Of a stretch of 13,534 bases of DNA, positions 9,795 to 13,534 are shown piece by piece (the first letter of the stretch is position 1; every line of letters begins with the position of its first letter). The notes beneath the pieces were generated by a model that did not search any database, was not told the DNA's origin, and was given only the letters and a program-made list of their open reading frames with translations. The DNA is taken from positions 1 through 13,534 of the forward strand of contig CAVNZM010000077.1 in the NCBI GenBank assembly GCA_963693365.1. The letters run 5' to 3'. The translations under genes were made by a program, and so were the position numbers. This DNA comes from Amoebidium appalachense. Lineage: Eukaryota; Protista; Ichthyosporea.

Positions 9795-9868
9795 ATTGAT
9801 ATAGCTCAATAGGATAGAGCAGTACACTTCTAATGTACTGGTTGTAGGTTCAAGTCCTACTATCAACT
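9795..9868 (+). tRNA. trnR: tRNA-Arg(UCU)
   Basis: ATTGATA/TATCAAC (A1-C72 mismatch); GTACA-CTTCTAA-TGTAC. Confidence 0.92.
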
Positions 9869-9890
9869 AATTTGAGTACTTAATTAAGAG

Positions 9891-9973
9891 ATCTCTGTGT
9901 CGAAATTGGTAAACGAGTTGTATTAAGGGTGCAATGACGAATAGTCTTATGAGTTCAAGTCTCATCGGAGATA
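9891..9973 (+). tRNA. trnL: tRNA-Leu(AAG)
   Basis: ATCTCTG/CGGAGAT; TTGTA-TTAAGGG-TGCAA; long variable arm; Leu-type D-arm TCGAAATTGGTAAACGA. Confidence 0.88.
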
Positions 9974-9981
9974 GAGTATGA

Positions 9982-10064
9982 AGGATGATGGCTGAGTGGT
10001 CAATAGCGTATCACTGTAAATGATATCCTTTTTAGGTTCGAAGGTTCAAATCCTTCTCATCCTA
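9982..10064 (+). tRNA. trnY: tRNA-Tyr(GUA)
   Basis: AGGATGA/TCATCCT; TATCA-CTGTAAA-TGATA; long variable arm. Confidence 0.94.
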
Positions 10065-10086
10065 TTCTTAATATTGAGACAAATCC

Positions 10087-10220
10087 AAGTGTAACTTGGT
10101 TATTGTGACGATTAGGTACCAAATAACAAAGTGTAACTTGGTTATTGTGACGACTAGGTACCAAATAACAAAGTGTAACTTGGTTATTGTGACGACTAGG
10201 TACCAAATAACCAAGTGTAA
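10087..10220. repeat. 42-bp tandem repeat, 3 copies plus 8 bp, running into the trnH 5' end
   Basis: AAGTGTAACTTGGTTATTGTGACGA(T/C)TAGGTACCAAATAAC(A/C) at 10087, 10129, 10171. Confidence 0.95.
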
Positions 10221-10288
10221 GTAGATCAATTGGTTAGATCATTGATTTGTGGCGTCAAAGGTTAGTGGTTCAATTCCACTCTTACACT
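10215..10288 (+). tRNA. trnH: tRNA-His(GUG)
   Basis: GTGTAAG/CTTACAC; TTGAT-TTGTGGC-GTCAA. Confidence 0.92.
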
Positions 10289-10304
10289 CTTACATTCGAG
10301 TACA

Positions 10305-10385
10305 GAAGAGATTGCTGTTTGGTAAAGCATTCAAATTGCTAATTTGACGCCTTCGGGCTCGTGAGTTCAAGTCTCACTCTCTTCG
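10305..10385 (+). tRNA. trnS: tRNA-Ser(GCU)
   Basis: GAAGAGA/TCTCTTC; TCAAA-TTGCTAA-TTTGA; variable arm GCCTTCGGGC. Confidence 0.92.
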
Positions 10386-10394
10386 AATATTCTA

Positions 10395-10466
10395 GCACCA
10401 TTCGTCTAACGGTTAGGACCTTGATTTTTCATGTCAATAATAGTGGTTCGATTCCACTATGGTGCA
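10395..10466 (+). tRNA. trnE: tRNA-Glu(UUC)
   Basis: GCACCAT/ATGGTGC; TTGAT-TTTTCAT-GTCAA. Confidence 0.94.
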
Positions 10467-10477
10467 TACAAATAATA

Positions 10478-10551
10478 GTTGATATAGTTCAATTGGATAG
10501 AATAGTTGACTACGGATCAATAGGTTGTAGGTTCAAGTCCTACTATCAACT
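10478..10551 (+). tRNA. trnR: tRNA-Arg(ACG)
   Basis: GTTGATA/TATCAAC; GTTGA-CTACGGA-TCAAT. Confidence 0.93.
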
Positions 10552-10605
10552 TACAAACTTAAGATTACTTTAACCACTCTAACTTTTAGGAGAAGAGATA
10601 ACATA

Positions 10606-10714
10606 TCTAGTGTAGCTTAATGGTGAAGCATCTGTCTTGTAAACAGAAGAATGTGGGTTAGAGCACCGCGAAAGTTCCATAGATTTCCGTAGGTACCAAG
10701 TCCTACTGCTAGCT
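10606..10714 (+). pseudogene. trnT: Second trnT(UGU) copy with 37-bp T-loop insertion
   Basis: Matches 8811-8882 apart from the insertion and two acceptor-stem changes (G1>T; TACTAGC>TGCTAGC). Confidence 0.87.
10660..10696 (+). mobile_element. 37-bp insertion element in T-loop (TT^CAA)
   Basis: AGAGCACCGCGAAAGTTCCATAGATTTCCGTAGGTAC between GGGTT and CAAGT. Confidence 0.88.
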
Positions 10715-10718
10715 CTCA

Positions 10719-10791
10719 AGGTATTTAGCTCAATTGGTAGAGCATTAACTTCATACGTTAATTGTTGTAGGTTCAAGTCCTTCAATACCTA
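10719..10791 (+). tRNA. tRNA(CAU), Met or lysidine-modified Ile
   Basis: AGGTATT/AATACCT; TTAAC-TTCATAC-GTTAA. Confidence 0.85.
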
Positions 10792-10809
10792 ACACTCTGT
10801 ATGTTAATA

Positions 10810-10882
10810 AGGTATTTAGCTCAATTGGTAGAGCATGTTCCTCATAAGAATACGGCCGGAGGTTCAAGTCCTTCAATACCTA
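10810..10882 (+). tRNA. trnM: tRNA(CAU), probably elongator Met (or Ile-lysidine)
   Basis: AGGTATT/AATACCT; TGTTC-CTCATAA-GAATA. Confidence 0.88.
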
Positions 10883-10894
10883 TTTGGTTACTTA

Positions 10895-10967
10895 GGGAAT
10901 ATAGCTTAATTGGTAGAGCATTAACTTGTCACGTTAATGGTTCTCGGTTCAAGTCCGGGTATTCTCG
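10895..10967 (+). tRNA. trnD: tRNA-Asp(GUC)
   Basis: GGGAATA/TATTCTC; TTAAC-TTGTCAC-GTTAA; G discriminator. Confidence 0.94.
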
Positions 10968-10997
10968 AGTTTAGTGCCTTAGCTGTTTTACTTTCCA

Positions 10998-11069
10998 AGG
11001 TATTTAGCTCAATGGTAGAGCATTGACCTTTTAAGTCAGTGGCTGTAGGTTCAAATCCTTCAATACCTA
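10998..11069 (+). tRNA. trnK: tRNA-Lys(UUU)
   Basis: AGGTATT/AATACCT; TTGAC-CTTTTAA-GTCAG. Confidence 0.93.
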
Positions 11070-11073
11070 ATTA

Positions 11074-11146
11074 AAGATTGTAGCTCAATCGGTAGAGCAT
11101 AGAACTTCAAATTCTGTGGCTGTGGGTTCAAGTCCTACCAATCTTG
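11074..11146 (+). tRNA. trnW: tRNA-Trp(UCA)
   Basis: AAGATTG/CAATCTT; TAGAA-CTTCAAA-TTCTG; agrees with in-frame TGA codons in nad6. Confidence 0.93.
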
Positions 11147-11181
11147 GAGAGTGCTAGACGTGAATTCTTTCAAGAAGATAG

Positions 11182-11424
<243 letters not shown>

Positions 11425-11446
11425 TGCTCTTACAATCTTACATTCA

Positions 11447-11464
11447 TCTCTCCTCGCTGAGAGA
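11447..11464 (+). other. Short hairpin downstream of atp9 (possible 3' processing signal)
   Basis: TCTCTC-CTCGCT-GAGAGA; similar hairpin after nad6. Confidence 0.35.
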
Positions 11465-11498
11465 CTTTAGCTCATTATTTTATTAGGCAATCTTAAGA

Positions 11499-12131
11499 AT
11501 GGAACAATATTTATTTATGATATTCGGTGGATTAATGTTAATCTCGGGGGCTATGACAATCATAGCCAATAACCCAGTACATTCCGTATTCTATCTTATC
11601 TTTGTATTTGTAAATGCAAGTGCAATGTTAATTTTATTAGATGTGGAATTTTTAGCTATTATTTTTTTAATTGTTTATGTAGGAGCGGTATCTATTCTCT
11701 TCCTATTCGTTGTAATGATGTTCAATATAAAACTCGTTGAGTTAAAAGAAAATACAACTCGATTTATACCTATTGGTATAGTAATTGCTGTTGTATTCCT
11801 CTGACAATCGACTGCTTTATTAGAAAACTTTAGTAATATTAATGCGGTATCTACAGATCCTTGATTTAGTGATACACGTTCTTTATCTTCTCTTATTCCT
11901 TATTGAATTGATTGATCCGTATCTATTCTTTATTCTACTAACATTGAATTATTAGGTCAAGCTCTTTATACTGATTATGCTTTCTATTTCTTATTAGCTG
12001 GTTGTATTCTCTTATTAGCTATGATTGGTGCTATTGTTCTTTCTTTAGATCACCAAAAAGATGTTCGACGACAAAGTTTATATGCTCAAGTAGCTACTAG
12101 TTCCCAATCTCGTTTTTATTCTTCTAATTAA
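11499..12131 (+). CDS. nad6: NADH dehydrogenase subunit 6 (210 aa, TGA=Trp)
   Basis: NPVHSVFYLI, LIVYVGAVSILFLFVVMM, then after TGA read as Trp NIELLGQALYTDY...LLLAMIGAIVL; TAA at 12129-12131. Confidence 0.96.
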
Positions 12132-12148
12132 TACATTATAATAAATTT

Positions 12149-12168
12149 ACCTCTCCTAGTTTAGAGGT
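12149..12168 (+). other. Short hairpin downstream of nad6 (possible 3' processing signal)
   Basis: ACCTCT-CCTAGTTT-AGAGGT; shares CTCTCCT with the atp9 hairpin. Confidence 0.35.
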
Positions 12169-12194
12169 TAGATATCGTATAGGAAAGAAAAATT

Positions 12195-13460
12195 ATGGAA
12201 AAATATCTTTATAAAAATAATAATAATCCTATCTTAGCGATAGTTAATTGAATGGTTGTGCGCTTGGCAGTGCCAAGTTATTTTAGTTATTTATGAAATT
12301 TTGGTTCCTCTTCTGGAATTTGTTTAGTAGTACCAATGTTAATTGGAGTATTTATATCCATACTCCAACCCGGGCATGTTAATTTAACATCCCAAGTAGT
12401 AGTAGTATTAGGAGATCCGGTATTATGATTAATCTGAGGCTTATATGTATATGTAGCCTCGGTGTTCTTCATCCTATTTGGAATAGTAAGGAGATATTAC
12501 AATGAGTTACAAGCCTTTGTAACATCTGCCTTTGAAGATTATAAAGATACGTTCGTATCTTTAATTTATTTATGAGCAGCTTACTTATTATTAGTTGCAT
12601 TAGTTTTATTTACTGTTGGTATCAAATTCTGCGAGAATATTTATCGAACCTATTCTAGGTATAGTCGATTATATTCTACGCTACCAGCACCAGATACTCT
12701 TTATGATAGTGACTATTTTACGTTTGAAAATAAACAGATACACCAAGCCTATTTAATTGGATTACTAGATGCTTGTGGCTGGGTTTCTGTTAGTAAGGAT
12801 AAGAAGGGAGTACAACATGAAATAGGGATGGAATTACCTATAGAAAATGAGGATCTTGTTAAATTATTGCATCAAGCAACTAAAATAGGTACTATAAGTT
12901 ATAAAAGTAATATTTCAGGGTCTCGCACGATACAGTGAAAGATTAGAGATAAAGTACATTTAACTTATCTATCTGTTCTCCTCTATAAGTACCCTTTATT
13001 AACCAGTAAACATTCTGATTTTCAACATTTTATTGACACTATGCATATTAAATCTTACCAGGATCTTCCGGATTATACTCGTCCTTCAAATTCTCACTTG
13101 ACAATCGTAGAAATATTGAGTACTTCGTATTTCAAAGAGTGGCTAGTGGGGTATTTAGAGGTTAAAGCTCGCTTTAAATTCTATAGAATAAATCATCTTA
13201 AGACAGCTAGGTTCGAAATTACTTCTATTACAGATTATAATATATTCGCAGCCATAGCTCATTTCTTAGATTTAAACCATAAAATGAGTCCCGATGCAGG
13301 TTCCTATCAGTTTAGAAGCCATAACATTGGTGTTCTTAAAAAAGTTATCTCTTTCTTTTCTCTCACGTCTGTGTCCATGCTAGGTGCTAACCTATTACAT
13401 TATAAGACATGATTAGCTCACTTACGTGTACTTCCTCATTATCGTAATAAACTATCTTAA
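12195..13460 (+). CDS. 421-aa ORF: degenerate cytochrome b-like N-terminal membrane region fused to a degenerate double-motif LAGLIDADG domain
   Basis: Read codon by codon with TGA=Trp: no TAA/TAG from ATG 12195 to TAA 13458-13460. N-terminus NPILAIVN...SYLWNFGS..GICL; motifs YLIGLLDACG (12750-12779) and WLVGYLEVKA (13140-13169); KYPLLTSK. Confidence 0.88.
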
Positions 13461-13499
13461 TCGCTCCTTGAATCTTGGCTTATTATTTTTGCTTAGTTA

Positions 13500-13534
13500 C
13501 TTTTGATCTTTTCGTTGCTTGCTTTTGATCTTTT
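13500..13534. repeat. CTTTTGATCTTTT direct repeat, 2 copies, at window edge
   Basis: Copies at 13500 and 13522. Confidence 0.6.

Noticed and set aside
10087-10220. CRISPR array
   Set aside because: Units are nearly identical over their full length; there are no unique spacers.
8578-10785. Short ORFs in the tRNA cluster
   Set aside because: They overlap well-formed tRNA genes.
11074-11146. Selenocysteine or opal suppressor tRNA
   Set aside because: Short variable arm, normal 7-bp acceptor stem and mitochondrial context indicate trnW(UCA).
11499-11804. nad6 truncated at 101 aa, and a separate ORF at 13041-13412
   Set aside because: Artefacts of the standard code; TGA=Trp extends both.
12195-12620. 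Functional cob gene or exon
   Set aside because: Heme-ligating histidines of helix B and other invariant residues are missing.

Overview
The window has two parts. Bases 1-~8190 are GC-richer, microsatellite- and homopolymer-rich eukaryotic nuclear DNA. They hold the 3' part of an 8-exon (GT-AG, phase-compatible) gene for an extracellular EGF-repeat/SdrD-B-like/mucin-like protein, a convergent Sola-like (DUF7869-type) DDD transposase ORF, a 25-bp-period palindrome array and two simple-repeat fold-back units. From ~8200 to the end the DNA is AT-rich and mitochondrial (TGA=Trp). It holds a same-strand cluster of 24 intact tRNAs covering all 20 amino acids plus 3 interrupted copies, then atp9, nad6, and an uninterrupted 421-codon ORF fusing a heme-less, degenerate cytochrome b N-terminus to a double LAGLIDADG domain lacking both catalytic acids. 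The most unusual signals are (i) a family of 15-37 bp elements inserted without target duplication at TT^CA, hitting duplicated tRNA genes (T-loop three times), (ii) the cob-LAGLIDADG chimera, and (iii) extensive tRNA mosaicism with A34 anticodons (Ile-AAU, Leu-AAG, Arg-ACG). The source looks like a unicellular opisthokont, possibly an ichthyosporean (inference only). The nuclear/mitochondrial join is either a recent NUMT or an assembly chimera.
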